From assembly GCF_004010195.1 (NCBI RefSeq), contig NC_057718.1, forward strand, positions 73,409,088-73,429,087: 20,000 bases of DNA, in the 5' to 3' direction. A program made the position numbers and the translations under genes. This DNA is from Chiloscyllium plagiosum. Taxonomy: Eukaryota. Shown here piece by piece: positions 19,468 to 20,000 of the stretch. Below the pieces are notes generated by a model. That model was not told the origin of the DNA, did not search any database, and saw nothing but the letters and a program-made list of their open reading frames with translations. Each line of letters starts with the position of its first letter. Position 1 is the stretch's first letter.

Positions 19468-19934
19468 ATAGCACTGAACCTGTGGGAGGTAGCACTTTGC
19501 ATAGTTTTCCTCAAAGTAAAGTGCATCATTGAGAGGAAATATGAGCTGCCAGTCATGTATCTCCAATTATGGCATTCTGTTCCCCTGAAAACTGTGAACC
19601 TATCCTTGCAGGGATGGGGGAATTGCTACTGCTTCCGTATGCTCACTCACAAGCTCTCCCATGATGCCTTTGAGCCTAGATGGCTCAGGTTTGTCATGAG
19701 TCTGCTGTCCAGATGCAGGCTCATCCTCTGAGGCTTTAACTTCTGGGTTCACATGCAGGGGGAAGTGGAGAGCCTCGGCACTTCTGGATTATCCATTGGA
19801 ACTTCAAGGAGGCCTGTGAGTGGCTTTTCCTCCCTATGAGTGTCTGTAGGAAACACCCTTTCTTCCTGAGAGGAAGAGGCACCTAGGGTCAGGTCAAGGT
19901 TCCCTGTCGCTCACTTGCTTTGCCGTAGAAATAT

Positions 19935-20000
19935 AGAGCTGGAAATGTGTTGCTGGAAAAGCGCAGCAGGTCAGGCAGCATCCAGGGAACAGGAGAATCG
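19935..20000 (-). mobile_element. PLE-derived repeat of the same family as 9888-10113, cut by the window edge
   Basis: GCTGGAAAAGCGCAGCAGGTCAGGCAGCATCCAGGGAACAGGAGAATCG matches 9905-9951 (TTGGAAAAGCACAGCAGGTCAGGCAGCATCTGAGGAGCAGGAGATTCG). Confidence 0.8.

Noticed and set aside
18953..19731. ORFs at 18953-19174 (-) and 19423-19731 (+)
   Set aside because: They lie within or straddle the 3' LTR boundary and have no recognisable domains.
1..20000. CRISPR array, retron or other prokaryotic RT system
   Set aside because: There are no regularly spaced repeats or operon structure; all RT motifs belong to CR1 LINEs or the gypsy element.

Overview
This is vertebrate non-genic DNA made almost entirely of nested, decayed transposable elements. 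The repeat types (HE1/V-SINE-like SINEs, esterase-bearing CR1 LINEs) suggest a cartilaginous fish; this is an inference. No intact host gene, rRNA, tRNA or CRISPR array was found. The main structure is a structurally complete but inactivated Ty3/gypsy LTR retrotransposon at 10768-19467. It has ~768-bp TG..CA LTRs, a near 4-bp TSD, a PBS and a PPT, and the atypical Gmr1-type pol order protease-integrase-RT-RNase H. Its Gag contains a SCAN-like region and two tandem CCHC knuckles, and its integrase is interrupted by a V-SINE and a 5'-truncated CR1. Five short Penelope-like (PLE)/retrozyme-like inserts from at least four sequence families are scattered through the window. Four show minimal hammerhead-ribozyme cores, and several form head-to-head palindromes with 10-13-bp TSDs; one 192-bp near-perfect palindrome keeps intact cores on both arms. 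The rest includes several CR1 fragments, a second SINE, a solo LTR and a probable decayed, intron-containing Myb/SANT-like gene of Harbinger type. All identities were estimated by eye and no database searches were run.
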